From NCBI GenBank assembly GCA_051294375.1, contig CM119263.1:206019-270018 (forward strand): DNA of 64,000 nucleotides. Reading direction: 5' to 3'. Below the pieces are notes generated by a model that was not told the DNA's origin, did not search any database, and saw nothing but the letters and a program-made list of their open reading frames with translations. Below are positions 18,805 through 42,679 of this stretch, in pieces; the stretch's first letter is position 1, and every line of letters starts with the position of its first letter. Source of the stretch: Paraspadella gotoi (taxonomy: Eukaryota; Animalia; Chaetognatha). A program made the position numbers and the translations under genes.

Positions 18805-20918
18805 ACGAGAGAATTTTTCGTTACCCTTTTTATTCTCCTTTCTCCGTCTTTTCCTCTTCCTGCTCTTCCCCATCTTTCACCTCCGCACTAATAATATTAA
18901 GAATATTTAATTATGCATATATCATTCGTATAATTTCCTCTTTGACATCTAATACGTCATCGTCATTATCACTGTCGTCATCATCATCGGTCTTATCACT
19001 CATCAGTGAGAGATCAATGACTGAGAACAAGTCTTACCACATTTTTTTTCTGGGTCATCAGGTCTATTTGGTCATTTATATGATGAATATTTTATAAGTG
19101 AGTAAGTCATCTCGTCTTTTCTAATGACATTTCATGTCAAACTAATATCATTTCTACTCAAAACTTTTAATAAAACTTTCTCTAAAGGAAAAGATGAAAA
19201 TGTCACGAATGATGAATCGAGTCTTGACCCTTTTTTCCTCACCTTTTCAGCTGCGTTTCCCTTTCCACAGCAGACGTCCTCATCATCGGGAAATGACGAC
19301 GACTGCGACGACAACGATGACGACGAGGACAACGATGACGGCGATGACAACGATGACGGCGGTGACAACGATGACGGCGGTGACAACGATGACGGCGATG
19401 ACAATTACGACTGCGATGTCGATGATAATGACAGGAAGAGCAATGATTCAATGAGTGAAACTTTTCCATTTTGTGAAGTAAAGAATTTTTTTTTTTACTG
19501 TGGACATTTAAATGCCTGACCAGGCAACCACGACGAAGACAACAACAACAACAACAGACACCTTATCGAAAAATATCTTTTCTTCTTCGTCCAAAGTCCA
19601 AAGACGATTTTGAAATTCCACAAATTATTCGACGCGACGAAAAATGTTGACGGCGAAAATAAATGATGGGGAAAATTGGATTGAAAACAAATGAGCAGCG
19701 GTGAATATAGTAGAATAGGGTATTATATATATTATATAGAATAGCATAGAAATAGTGGAAATCGAAAACATTTGGTTGAGATTAAATTGTGGCTGTAAAA
19801 AATCTGGGAAGCAAAAACATTTTAAAATTTTGATAAAAACGATATGAAAAAGTCTGCAAGCCTTAGATTAAAAAAAGATTATTTTTAGATGCAAAAATAT
19901 GAAAGGAAACAGAGAAGCGAAATATCTATTTTTTTTTCTATTTTTCTATTTTTTTACGAATTGACAACTGAAAGTCCAGAGGTCATTTGAGGTCATTGAC
20001 TCGTGTGAGAAAGACCAAACGGATTTTGTTAACTCTTTCTGTTTATTGTTTAATGTCATTTTTTCTAGTCTTTTTATTGCTCTTTAGTCTTTGTCCCAAA
20101 TATCAAACGAAACGAAATTTTAATTTTTGTACGAATACATTAATATAATTACAAACAAAAAAACATTGAATCTCGAAGAAACTTATTTTCGTCAGATCCA
20201 TCAAAATACGAATCTTGTTGACTTGTGGCACGAAAAAATTTTTTCCCTAATATTGAATCTTATTAAATGTAGACGTCAAAAGTTGACTCACTGTGTGAGT
20301 GAATTTATTTAAAGTCTTCGTATTTTCTAAGAGTTTTATTACCAGGAGAAACATGTGTTTGAGAGAGAAAATTCCAGAAAGAGCGATGATTCGTCAATTA
20401 GAAATTAAACTGAGAGACAAAACTAAAATTGATTGATTGAGGAAAAGAAAAGTGAATTTCACGGTGAAACGTGATGGTTTCGGTGAACTTTTCATCAAAG
20501 GGAAATAAATTCACAGTGAGTCGCGCTTTTTCCGTCCGTCGGCGGCGGAAGTACTTATTAAAAAACTTATTTATCACAAAATGTCTATCCATTTATTGTT
20601 TTTAAACGCCGTCTCGTCAATAAAGAATTTCCCATTGTTTCATCTCAGCTCCAGTTTCGACATTTAAACGGCATTTCCCAGTCAGCCTCGGCAAATGCAT
20701 CATGCATAAGGCCTTTTGTATTTGCGCTCTTTCCTTTGGCCTTTTCACTTAGAACCTCCCTGCCTTCGAGCCTCCTTTAAACCTCTGAACCTCCCCAGGT
20801 CATCCCCAGGTCCCCCCGTGATATCAACCATGACACAGTTTCTATCAAAAATGTTTATAACAAAAATTTCCTTCGAACCATTTGATATTGACCAAGCCAT
20901 TGTTCGCTCCTCTCGTCT

Positions 20919-23239
20919 TTAAATGTGCAGCGTTCTTTCTTTTCGTACAGCTGCTGCTTTCGGCGCCGCTCTAACCGCGGCGCCACCGCAGCGGCACTGG
21001 CTCGTGCCCTGTCCGAACGACGCCGCCATGGACCAAAGAGCGCCGAATCCAACCAGAGTCCAAAATGAGAAGATGACGCCCCAAAATTCGTGAACTCCGA
21101 CTCGGTCAGCCGTGGCGCGCGTGTCCCAAACACCCCTGTTGGCGCCGCCTGGCGTCCCGAGCATTCCATAGTCTTCGCACGGCTGCTGAATTTCCAGCAG
21201 CCTTCGAGCGACTCGTCCGGTTCTCAAATACTCTCGGATCTTGGCGTCCAAAGTCTCTTTCAAGGGATGACCCCGTCGCACTAAGAATCCCTGAGGCTGC
21301 GTCCATAGAGATCCTTCGAGCACCTCCAACGGTTCGTGGCAGAATTTGCGGCGAAAGGAGTCGAGTTTGGTGGAGAGCCAGAGGAGCGCAGAGGGTCGTG
21401 CTGATTGAAGAAACTCAAGGGTTTTGTTTTCCCATCTGTAGAAAATCGGGGAGAAGATGACAATGGTCAATGAAATAAGGAGAATAATTGCGAAGTAATA
21501 TCATTTTGTTCATCCGTAGGTTGCGCATTGTTAGTACAAAGTAATATAAAAATTTTATATACAATCTGAATGAAAGCAAAAAGGAGAGAGAAAAAAACGT
21601 CTACTATGTTCCTATTTATAGCTTTTAGCCTTCAAGATATTTTAGAAGGAACTCGATTATAAACTATTCAAATTTATTCCTTTACACCTGGCCCCGCAAT
21701 GTTTAATATTAACGTTTCTAACTAGGAATTAACATTAGTCAAAGATCAAGAAGTCAACTGATAGCGTGTCTCATTTTTTTTTTTCAATTGCCTTCGCCAG
21801 CCTCGATTCTCGAGTTTATTCCCACCTAAAAAAAGATCGAGTACAACATTTTTGACATTTTTACGGCTTCGTCGGCCTCCTCCTCTTCCTCTTCCTTCTC
21901 TTCCTCCTCTTTGCCATTGAGTCGTCATCGGTCTTGCCATCGAATTGCCATCGAATTAACATTCCGTCATCGAATTCGTTAAATTTGGAATTGCGTCACG
22001 TGGTCATTTATTAAATTGAATTGAGACATTGAGGCAGCGAAGCCACAACAAACCGAATATGTTTGATCTTGACATTGGCACTCGTAGTTGGGCTTTATCG
22101 TTACCCAAACATATCTTTGTAATATTATGATTTTTTTAATATAAATAATACAACAAACGTGCATTCAATTTAGCTAAAAATTCTCGGCTTTAAATCTTTT
22201 TCTTTTTCTTTTTACCTTATCTTTTCCTTACCCTTTCCTTACCCTTTCCTTACCCTTCCCGCGGATAAACTATGTCATCGATCTCGCTCCGCCTTAGGGC
22301 CCCATGAATCTTCTTCACCCTCGCATTGGCCGAGTGGACGAAGAAGTGGTGGTAGGGCTTCGGGACGGCGACGTCGATGCTGCCCGTCGCGTCGAGCAGC
22401 TCGTCCACGGACGTGACGGGCAACGCCGTCGCCCGAGAGGTAAGCGTCGCCGTCATCGTCGCCGTGTAAGACAGGACGGTGACCAGGCTGAGAAACCACC
22501 AGGCGCCGACCATCAAGCGGCCGCCTGGAAAGTCGGGAAAGTCTCCCGCCTGATTTAAGGGAAGGAGGATAAATAAATGAGATTGAGCTCCTCAATCTCA
22601 TCTCCATGTTGCAGAAATTTAGATCATTTATCACAAATAAAGTAACAACATCATCGACAACAACTCCTCGCCTTCTGCCGCATCAACGGCGCCACCGCCA
22701 GCCAGAAAACGTCCAAGATACCCAATGATGCCACTTTGTCGCGTCTGGATTCCTCCTTGGTGTCGTTGTTGTTGTCGTCTTCTTCGTCGTCGTTTTCGTG
22801 GTCGTCGTCGTCGTATTCCTTTTGCTCAGAGTTAACTCTCGCGAAAGAGAAGTAAAAAGCAAAAGAGAAGAAGAGAAGTGAAGTTATGACGAGACTCCAA
22901 GTTAGAGAAGAAAAGGGAGAGAAGAAGTCGACAACGAGAGTCTTGACGCTGACCGGACGACGGAGCATCATGGCCTCCATGCGGGGATAGCTTGGGATTG
23001 AAGGAATGATTGAAAGAGTCAATGTAAATAAATAAATAAATAAACAAATAAACAAATAATTAAAAGTTTCTTCCCGACATAAATCTATCAATAAATATCC
23101 CAAGAAACCTTTTAAAACCGTTCTTCACCGTAACGCGGAGAGAGTGTCGACGTCGCTGTCGTTGTCGAGTTGCAGAGTGTGGAAAATCTCTTCTGCAGCA
23201 ATATCGATTGTCCCATTTTTGATGCCAGCGATGAGGCCT

Positions 23240-23282
<43 letters not shown>

Positions 23283-23490
23283 AAATTGAAACATTATTCT
23301 CACAAGTCCCATAATTTTACTCACCATCCCAGCTGCCATTCTTAAACTCTCCAATGTCAGAAAAGTTGGTCCATTTTTCGCAGGTGAGTTCGAGGTCTTT
23401 GCAGAGGTCGTGGGCGATGAACTGGCTCAAAGCGTTGAGACCCTTTTCGTAATTGTCTCTGTGAAAACCGATCACTAAATCTGGCGCCAT
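20919..23490 (-). CDS. Divergent ionotropic glutamate receptor-like (IR-type) gene 2
   Basis: Exons ~23490-23325, 23237-23129, 22990-22672, 22549-22254, 21435-20919. S1 GEFKNGSWDGLIAGIKNGTIDIA; M1 FFSPFSSLTWSLVITSLL; pore FWLAVAPLMRQK; M3 GRLMVGAWWFLSLVTVLSYTATMTATLT; S2 GFLVRRGHPLKETLDAKI..TG; M4 FWGVIFSFW. A signal-peptide exon was not found. Confidence 0.88.
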
Positions 23491-23737
23491 TTGAGTTATT
23501 TTTTTTTGTTATGTTATGTTTTCTTTTTCCTTCTACCAGTACAATACCAAAAAAATGTGGCAAAAAATTGTTGGAAAACCTAATTTGAGTAACTGAGACA
23601 CATTTAATCATTTATCGAGTGCAAAAATAAGACATTCATCACCAGGAATTCTTCATCAGACCTACTAGGAAAATAGACATCTCAAAATAATATACATTGA
23701 ATTAGTAATCGTAATTAAAACAAGATCGGTCCATCCA

Positions 23738-24382
23738 ATATGTTGCGCCGCAGTGATTTTCTTTTCACTTCTATTTCCCACGTCTATGAAGAGATAGTAA
23801 TTGTGAGCTAATGACAGAACCGTTTAATATAAGCAGTCCCTGAGCTTCAGATCAGGCTGTAACACCGTGTTACAGGCGGGTTAAGCGCCCCGTCTCTTTT
23901 AACTGCGAGGCGACCAGCAGGCTAGAAACCAGGAACTTTGGGTTGGGAGGCGAATGACTTTCCTCCTGCACCAATGGCCGCTGATGAACGGTTGGTGGAT
24001 TTTAGTCCACCATAACTATATGACTAGGAAATTTATGTTTAAAAAACGTCATAAGATATTTCAAACAACCAGACATTACACAAAATATGCCGCATTTACT
24101 TTGTGATAACGTGACCGTAGTTTTGCTTGGTGCATTGTACTGTATCAGAATTCTGTCTTTTATTCTTTGTAGTTTTAAGATTTTCTGAAGGCGGTGCAAG
24201 CAGTCACTGAGATTTGAGGTTTTTTCCCCCATTTTAGCAACCAGTTATAGGCAAATTATGAGCCTTTTTAATGAAAGTGTGACAGACCGACAGACAGTCT
24301 TACCGACTGACAGACCGACCAAAAAGTGACTGAAACGCAGTTATAGAGTTGCTCCGTGAGTACTCGCGGCGCAACTAAAAAG
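23738..24382 (-). mobile_element. HINE/DINE-1-like non-autonomous Helentron copy containing a family A repeat
   Basis: Subterminal inverted repeats GTTGCGCCGC / GCGGCGCAAC, a terminal palindrome (GAGTTGCTCCGTGAGTACTCGCGGCGCAACT) and a (GACA/GACC)n microsatellite. Confidence 0.6.
23785..24013 (-). mobile_element. tRNA-derived repeat, family A, copy 3
   Basis: Reverse-complement match to 17123-17355. Confidence 0.75.
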
Positions 24383-24388
24383 TCCGCC

Positions 24389-27433
<3,045 letters not shown>

Positions 27434-27529
27434 CTGAACAAAGTGGTCAAGTGGTCAAATGTTAAAAGTGTTCTAAAATGAGTTGGCCAATAGGAAATTT
27501 GGATTAAAGTTCGTAGTTAATTACTATCT

Positions 27530-27725
27530 TGGAAAATGAATAAGTCGACAAAACTTTTGACTAACTTTTGACTCCTTTAATATCAAAATCACAAGGATAA
27601 AATGATATAACTAAAAAATTTGGCTTTTTATGATGCGAATGAGCTATTGTTTAGTAAAAATTTTTTTAAATCTTTCAATAAGTTATTGAAACTATAAATA
27701 TTTTTGACGACTTATTTATATTCCA
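27530..27725. mobile_element. ~195-bp MITE-like element
   Basis: Imperfect inverted ends TGGAAAATGAATAAGTCGACAAAA / TTTTGACGACTTATTTATATTCCA. Confidence 0.5.
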
Positions 27726-30109
27726 TATAATTTAGACTCAAACAGTCAACTGCTGTAATAAAGACTGGAGGTAATTCAGTCGGTAAGAAGTTGGTTATCC
27801 AGTAAGAAGATAATTAAGCTGAACTAAAATTCTGTCGTACGTAAAATGATACTTGATACAAAGTAAAGTTACCCTTCTTTCTATTTATGCCAAAAAAAGT
27901 AGAAATAACGAATTTTTAAAAAATGGGCGTGTCAAGTTTTGCGTTTGGCGGGCACGAGAGGCGATCTCGAACGCAACGCTATCTCCCGAACGCAAATAAC
28001 TTGTTTACCTGCCTCTTAACTTTTTAGTGAAAGCAAACAGTTTGTTTACTCCAGATTTAATTTGATTCTCTTCTGCCCACAAGGTCGAAATTGATGTTTA
28101 ACATACATGTTTGAAACTTTTAAACCAAAAAAATATCGACTTATATTTCATGTTTCATTCAGATTCTTTCTTTTCATCACAAACAATAAATTTCAGAATC
28201 AAAAGAAGGTTTTTAGGAATTAGACATTAACATTACTTCACATACACTACATACACTCTACAGTCTACACTATACTATACTAGTTTACATTATACAAAGT
28301 CCATTATTCGATTTTATTAGTTTTTTCTGAAACTACATTGGCAACAGATATACGAGATAAACTGAAAAGAGAGTAAAAAATATATTGTCTTGTTTTTTTT
28401 TAATCCAAACAATTTTTATAAATTTTAACATTAATGTCACAGAAGCTCATACGTGTGGCAAATTATACAGTTTCGTTAGAAAGGAAATAAACTCAAACTT
28501 TATGTCTTTGTGATAAAAAAAAAGTTCGAAAATAAATTAACTTTTTTTTTATATTTTAGGAGTTGGAGGTGGGCCATCGATTCATCTCCTCTCTTTCTCT
28601 TTTTGTCTCTGTCTCTCTCTGACTTTTTCTCTGTCTCTGTCTCTGTCTCTATCTCGCTCTCGACTACCAGAGGGAGTGATTACTCCGCCAAAACCGAAAA
28701 TTCACAGGGTTTTTCACGCTTTTTTCTCACCCACTTACGACCGAGACGAATGATAGACTTTCTCACGCAGTCTAAATCCTCTACTAAGCAATTCATTAAA
28801 GTAGTTTATAAAAGTTTATATAACTATTTTCGAGTTAACCTTATTTCGATCATTTTTATTAGCCGTTTTTGTTGTAAAATAGAATAATTTGTGAATATTA
28901 ACAACGGATGTTGTATTTTGAAGCTCAGGATTACAAACCACTAACTATCCTTATTGACCCAAACAATTATATAGCTTATTTATTAAATGAATGGATAATT
29001 TTTATATTGGTTGTACCAATTTCATAACATAAAACGTTTGTTATATCTCGATGAAATAATTTGTAAAAAAACAAAACTCTTCTTGATTTTTCAAAAAAAT
29101 TTTTATCTACTCTTATCACATAAGTTAGCTTCTGAAACAATACATAAATCGTCAAAAAAATAGAATCATGCAATTGTTGGAATAAAATCATGCATAAAAA
29201 TAACTGCAAATAATGTCATCAATGTATATAAGTGTCATTGTAACATGAGATAATCCAAGAAAATCCTTGGCATCAAATTAAACTCAACAATTTCTTTCAA
29301 CAGAAAAACGTAAGTACGAGGAATATTTCGCTAAATACTTCGTCCAAATTATTCAACCACTACGGACAATACAATTTGAAGTTTGGAATTTTATCTTCCT
29401 GTATCTGCTTTTTAAAAGTTGTAACTGACAATGTCGCGACGTTCCCGCAATCATTTAGATATTTATCTAATAGATTTAATTCGTTTCTATCGTTTTAATG
29501 ATTCTGATTATATAATCCTGTTATCTTGATCCTAATCCTAAAATTATCTTTAATGATTTGCAGTCAAAAAAATATGAAGACTTTCTCAGACCGACAAAGT
29601 GAATCGCTAACGTTAGCGACCAAAAAAATTCATTCTCGATTTCCGCTTTAAATTTTGTTTTCAGAAATGAAAAACCTGCGTTTGTATTAACAACGTAATA
29701 AGGCTCCAATGAAAATGCAGAAAGCATGCATGCGAATAAATTAGCAAATGTAGCACTCGTTTTCATTTTTTTAAATAAATACAAAAGTCAAAATGACCTC
29801 AATTTCTTCTGGTACATCGTCTATAAAGGGCACAAAATGTCTGTCATTGTCCGAGATGAGGTATGTCACACTTTTGTCCGCCAAAGATGTTGACATATTA
29901 CTTTCTTCGACGGTTAGGCACTGACAGTTTGTAATACAATTTTACCTGATTGAACTTTATGACTTGCGACGGAAATACTTAAAAAAAGCCTCTGAATTAC
30001 TAATACCCATAAGTTAATCGTATGCCTCATTCATGCAATTTAACACAAATATATAATACAAAAAAATTATAGTTATTAAGCGCACGGGAGAGAGCGAGAA
30101 AAAGAAAGC

Positions 30110-30177
<68 letters not shown>

Positions 30178-30187
30178 CATTACTGAA

Positions 30188-36481
<6,294 letters not shown>

Positions 36482-36626
36482 TTGTTTTGGTTTGTTTTGT
36501 TTAATGGACGTTTTAATATTTAAAGGCAAAACTGAAAATAAAAAGGGTTTGGATTTAATTAATAAATATCTTATTTTCAATTTATTATTAGTATTAAATC
36601 TTTTATCATTGTCAGTTAAAGTTGTA

Positions 36627-36663
<37 letters not shown>

Positions 36664-38947
36664 GTTATTATTATTATTATTGTTATTAGTATTATTATTA
36701 TTCTTCTTCTTATTATTATTATTATTATTATTATTATTTACATTATGTATGTATTATTTCGTCATTATATTATAATTATGTTTAATATCAGTGTTGATTA
36801 GCTGAATCAACAAAAACTTTATCCTCATTGACAAACTGTATTTTATGTAAGGATGTTTTTTAAATAATTGACGAATTGATTGGATGTCTGATTGACGATC
36901 ACTAAATCCCAACTTTCAAATTATTTTCTTTTCTTTTTTTTTTTTAAGTTTTTTATTCTCAAAATCAAAAAGGATGATGACGACATTAACGACGAATGGA
37001 TAATGACAACAATGACGATATCGAAGAAGACGACGACGACGACGACGACGACGACGACTACGAGTGGGACAAGAAGAAAGACTACGCCAATCTTTTTAAA
37101 CAAACACAAAATTAAAACAAAAGGAGAAAAACTGAAGAAGAAATTTTTGTTTTGACAAAATATTTTCACAAAAAAATTTATATAAGAGATTTTCGCCGGT
37201 GACCGAGAAAACGAAAAATGGGACACAAAATGTTGAAAACAAAAAAGTTTTATTTTCTTGTGAGAAACGCAAATCAAAGTCTGGATTTGATTGCGCCCGG
37301 TCGGTCTGTCCGCCGCTTCTTTATCGTCTCAAAAAAATGTTATCAAATATAAAACATTCGGTTTTCTTCTTTTTTTCATTCGAATTTTAAGGATGACGAA
37401 TCGAGAAACAAAAATTATGCAATAATTAATCGCGAGCAGATTTAGAAAATTGTTTGCCAATCGAAATAGTGATTTTTCATTAAATGAAATACAGATAAGA
37501 TGGGAAATTCTTGCAAAGCGACTTGACGTGACTTTTTGAGAAATGAGGAGTTCAAAATTCTCACGCTCCAACTAGCAAAGCAGAAAAAATCTTAAGTGTT
37601 GTGGATTTGCGGTTCAGTGTCTCATGGTGTGATCATGTGACCAATGACGACGATGACAACGATGAATACGATGACAATGATGACAACGAAGTCCTGGCTG
37701 ACGCCGACGATTACGAGGACAACCATCGCCCAAGACCGAACTCACGTCAACTCCGGGGCTTCAGTTTCGATGGGCCGATGGCCGCTCGAAATGAGGCGGG
37801 AAAAAAGGCTTATAAATGAGGCCCATAAACAATGCAGGGGGCTTCGACAAAAAGAGACCAACGAACGCGCGTAGTTAACAATAACAATAACAATAAGAAT
37901 AAAGACAGCACGCGTATCATCGTCATTCAAGCTGACGAAGACGTCAACTATTTTGACGAAAGGGAAACTCAATGACCCAAATAGTAGGAAGAAAAACGCC
38001 GACTCAAATCTGACTCATTTTTTTTATGAGGCCGATTTTATTATGTAGAAAATTAAACATTTTATTCTTATGTTGTCTCTCTTCAATCATTCATCAGAAA
38101 TAAAGGCAATATGTAACTTGATTTTATATTTAAAATGATTGCAGCCGAAAGTCGTCAAACTGACAAAAAGAAAATTGAAAACAAAGATATTTCGAGAAAG
38201 TCAACTCGTACAGTCGTACAGTCGTACTTTCGTACAGTCGTGGACTCTTACAAATGAATTGACGAAAACAATATCTACTACTTACAAAATATCATGTTTT
38301 GAGTATAACGTTTTCTTTACTATAATAAATAAACTAATTTTAACTGTCGCCAAAATAACTGGGAAAAGAATTAACAATTTAACAATTTAACAAATCATCT
38401 CAGAATCGCACTAAGACGGATCACCAACCATATCAGTGAAATTGATCCAATTCAAAACTGTTTCATTGTGACTTTCACCCCCAGAGTCTTCGGTGTGAGG
38501 ACGTCAACGTCCGCGTCACATCCATGACGTCGTTGTTGTCTTTTCGCTGCCATCGAGAGTCAAGATCCAGAATTACTTTCCTTCGCGCAAAAAGACGACG
38601 ACGACAATGAAGACGACGACGACGCCGATAAATTAAAGACAAAGTTTTTTTTTCTTTCTCGCGAATATTTAAAAAAAAAACCTAAAATGTTGTCGAAATT
38701 TCTGAAGGAAAGAAAAGATTTTTCGCTTCATTTTTATAATCGGCGTCCAAAACTAAGTCAAATTGTAGTACGTTGTCAAGGTATAGACGTCTGATTTTTT
38801 AAAAAGTATGGTTTACTCGAAATAGATTATTATTAACTGGAAAGTAGTAATACTTAAAAAACTTTTTAAATAATCAACGTGAAAGAAAAAAAAGATTTGG
38901 TGCGAAATTCGTTGTTGGTTTCTTGTGATCGAAAGATCGAGGGGTGA

Positions 38948-38980
<33 letters not shown>

Positions 38981-39181
38981 GGAGAAGGGGGGTGACGACG
39001 ACGGGGGAAGGGACGGTTCATCGCCAAGGCAAAGGATCGATCGCTGATGACGACGACGACGACGACGACGACGACGGGGAAGATGACGAAGATGAAGACT
39101 CTTTCGAGAAAGTGATAAGGCACCGAAGTGAAAAAAGACGGGGGAGAGGTGAAGAAAGAAAGAAAGAAAGACAAGAAAGAT

Positions 39182-39212
<31 letters not shown>

Positions 39213-39355
39213 CAAGACAAAAAGAAAGACAGAAAGAAAGAAAGAAAGAAAGACAAGACCAGAAAGAAAGAAAGAAAGAAAGAAGAAAGGAAAGAAAGAA
39301 AGAAAAGAAAGAAAGAAAAAGAAAGAAAGACCAAGAAAGAAAGAAAGAAAAGAAA

Positions 39356-39387
<32 letters not shown>

Positions 39388-39446
39388 AAAGAAAGACAAG
39401 AAGAAAGAAAAGAAAGAAAGAAGAAAGAAAGAAGAAAGAAAAGAAA

Positions 39447-39487
<41 letters not shown>

Positions 39488-39782
39488 CAAGAAAGAAAGA
39501 CACAATAAAAAAGAATTTCCTCATAACAGAATGAAACAATAAACTAGGATTATTTTCAAAATAATATAAGAAAACTATAATGAAAAAACACGAAAGAAGG
39601 TAAAAAAATAACAGTAAGTACAAAAAAGAAAAGAAGAAAGAAAGAAAGTGGAAAGTGAGCTCAAATCTCGAGGCCGACGGAATTAGTTGGGACCCGATGA
39701 CTTGTTTAAACGAAAAAAAAGGGGGCTGATTCCTTTGGGATGGGAAATAGAGAGAGAGGGAGAGAGGAGAGAGAGATGAGAA

Positions 39783-39843
<61 letters not shown>

Positions 39844-40410
39844 AGAAGAGAAGAGAGAGAGAGAGAGAGAGAGGATTTGACGCCTAAAAAGTCGCAACTC
39901 GTGTTTTTTTTCATTTTAATCAATTTCCCCAGAAAAGATTTCAAAAATTAAATTGAAAGTAGAGAAAAAAAATAGGAATTAATTCCTTAAAAGGAGAAAA
40001 TGTCACAAACTGAGAAGGACGGGTCTTTTTCTTGGACACTTTATTTTTAAAACGAGTGATTGTATGAAATAAAATATCTTTTTTTTCCAAAATTTTAAGA
40101 ATTTTTTCGCTTGCAATTCGACAAAGAAAAGAAAACATATTTACTGATTTATTTAAACGTAGGAATTATTAATAATGTTAGGTTTTATTTTAGGTTCATA
40201 GGTTCACAGGTTTATTGTTAACAATATTCACTCGGGTTTTAAAAAAAGCGAGCGAGTTACGCCTGGTCACGACCATTCAAATACAGAGGGGGTTTTAAGT
40301 CTACGGGGTTCAAAATAGGTTCAAAGGTTCCTGAGGTTTTGGGGAGTTTTGCCAGTTCACCAGAAGAGGCGACACCAGAAATTCGATCACGACGACGACG
40401 ACGACGACGA

Positions 40411-40464
<54 letters not shown>

Positions 40465-41711
40465 TGACTAGACCCAGTGAATGGAGTTAAAACCAGAAAT
40501 CGAATATTGAAGACTAAAATTTCGCGTCGATTCGTTAAAGGTAAAACGTTGATGCTCTTTTTTTTTCCAATTTGGACAAACTTAATTATTCGTAAATAAG
40601 CTTATACAATATGTATATATTACCTTTTACCAAAAATGAGTGAGAGATTAGGGTGTCTTCTATTCATTTGATATTTTTTGTCAAATTAAGCTATTGATAC
40701 TTTTAATTGCGTATTACTGTTAGTTTTGATTCTGTGGCCAAAAACGTCAAAAGATTGACTATATGTCATTTGTGGTCGTTGAATAAACACGTAAAGTTAC
40801 TGGATATCATCAATTAACTTTGATTTAAAGGACAAATTGAGTTTTATAAGAACAAAATAGCCCGACTCGTTTTTTTAAAAAAGGAACTATTTTCTTTTAA
40901 AACAAAAAAAAATTAAACTCGAAAAAAAATTGTTTTGGGCGACGAAAAAACTGGAGACGATTTTCGAATGATGTCAGCGATGAGGAAAAAGGTCGGGGTG
41001 AAGGGGGGAAAGAGAGAGAGAGAAGAGGGGAGAGAGAGAGGGAGAGGGAGAGGGGAGAGGGAAGAAGAGAGAGAGAGAGAGAGAGAGAGAAGAGAGAGAG
41101 CAGAGAGAGAGAGAGAGGAGAGAGAGAGAGAAGAGAGAGGAGAGAGGGAGAGGAGAGAGGAGAGAGAGGGGGAGAGAGGGGAGAGAGAGGAAGAGGAGAG
41201 AGAGAGAGAGGGAGAGAGAGAGAGAGATAGAGAGGGAGAGGGGGAGAGGGAAAGAAAAATCGAAGGCTTGTTTTCCAAAAACTGCCCATACGAAATATAA
41301 CGAAACATAAGATAGTACCGATTACGTGATAATACCTAAAGAATGTTTTAAGGCGAATTTAAATCCTATTCAAGATGATAGCAGTGATATCAGTGATACA
41401 GAGAAAAAAGACGCATAATGACGCTGGTTAACAAAATGGACGATCACAGACATCAGTGAGAGAAGAAGGGGGGCAGGGGGGGAGGTGGAGATGAATTGGG
41501 GAAGAGGGTGGAGGAAGAGGAGCAGGAGAAGGAAGAGGAGGAGGAATAAGAGGAGGAGGAGGAAGCTGAGGAGGAAGCCAGTGAACCGTCTCAACTGTAG
41601 GCACGTCGATCCCCGGGACGAAACTTGGATCGAGGCGACAACATCCTTTAGGTCGCGGCGTAAGAGGCAAAGGCTGCCGGTTCTATCATTTACTTTTTAC
41701 GTTTAGTTATT

Positions 41712-41893
41712 ATATGAAATTGGTACAACCAATATAAAAATTATCCATTCATTTAATAAATAAGCTATCTTGCCCCTGACTTTGGACAGGCTTTGGTGGT
41801 TTAAGGCCTCCATCACTCTTACAAGATAATGACATAGCAGGTCCCTGCAAGCTTTCAATCAAGACTCTCTCACAGTCTTGTTTATTCACTCCC
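41712..41893 (-). repeat. Dispersed repeat family C (unclassified)
   Basis: Matches 53748-54000, 62725-63000, 25130-25245, 32612-32780, 57697-57790 and short end fragments at ~28975, ~10617 and ~17532. Confidence 0.75.
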
Positions 41894-42643
41894 ATTTTAT
41901 TATCAGTAAAAATATTTTTCTCTTTTAACAAGAGAATTAAATTTACTCTTGTTATAATAATTAACATATTTTTTGGAACTTTTTTAATCTAACATATAAT
42001 AAGAAAGAGACGATATGATTAGTAATTTTAAAAAAATAAATAAGTTTGAAATTTTTTTAGTTTAGTTACCTACAGTACTTCCACTCATTAAAACATATTT
42101 ATTGATTATTGAATTAAAAATAATCAAAAAAAAAGGGCAAACTAATGAAAAAAATATAATTTTAAAATCGCGACTGCCACTAAGATTTAATTAAAACAAT
42201 AAGATATTTATTTTTAAAGCTTATATCAAAATTGAAATACCATAAAAAATTTTGCTTTAAAGATTAAGAGTAGTACCCTTATAAAATGTCTATTACTTTA
42301 TAATGATTATGTTGATAACGACCGGCGCGACATTGTTCGCAAATGCATATTTTCTTCTTGACAAATAAAACGAATTAAAAGAAGTTTTATAGACACCAAA
42401 ACAGAAATTATTTAACTTTCAAAGCCTAAGAAAAGTAGACAGAAGAAGGAAGAAGAACAAAAAAGGGAAAAGCATACAGAACAAGGTAAAAGAACGAAAA
42501 AGGGAAAAGGAGTCAGAACAAGGAAGAAGAACAAAAAAGGGAAAAGGAGTCAGAACAACGAACAATTAACAAAAGGAAAAAAAATAAGAATTCCTTTTTT
42601 TTGGCTTTTAGTCCCGAATCTCCCAAGCGGTTTTTCCTCGTTT

Positions 42644-42679
<36 letters not shown>

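Noticed and set aside
23978-24013. CTGATGA followed by a hairpin in repeat family A as a hammerhead ribozyme
   Set aside because: No GAAA after the stem and no stems I/III in any of the three copies.
29205-29240. Minus-strand LIYIDDII resembling a reverse-transcriptase YxDD motif
   Set aside because: I could not recognise other RT motifs nearby and no long ORF covers it; likely chance in AT-rich DNA.
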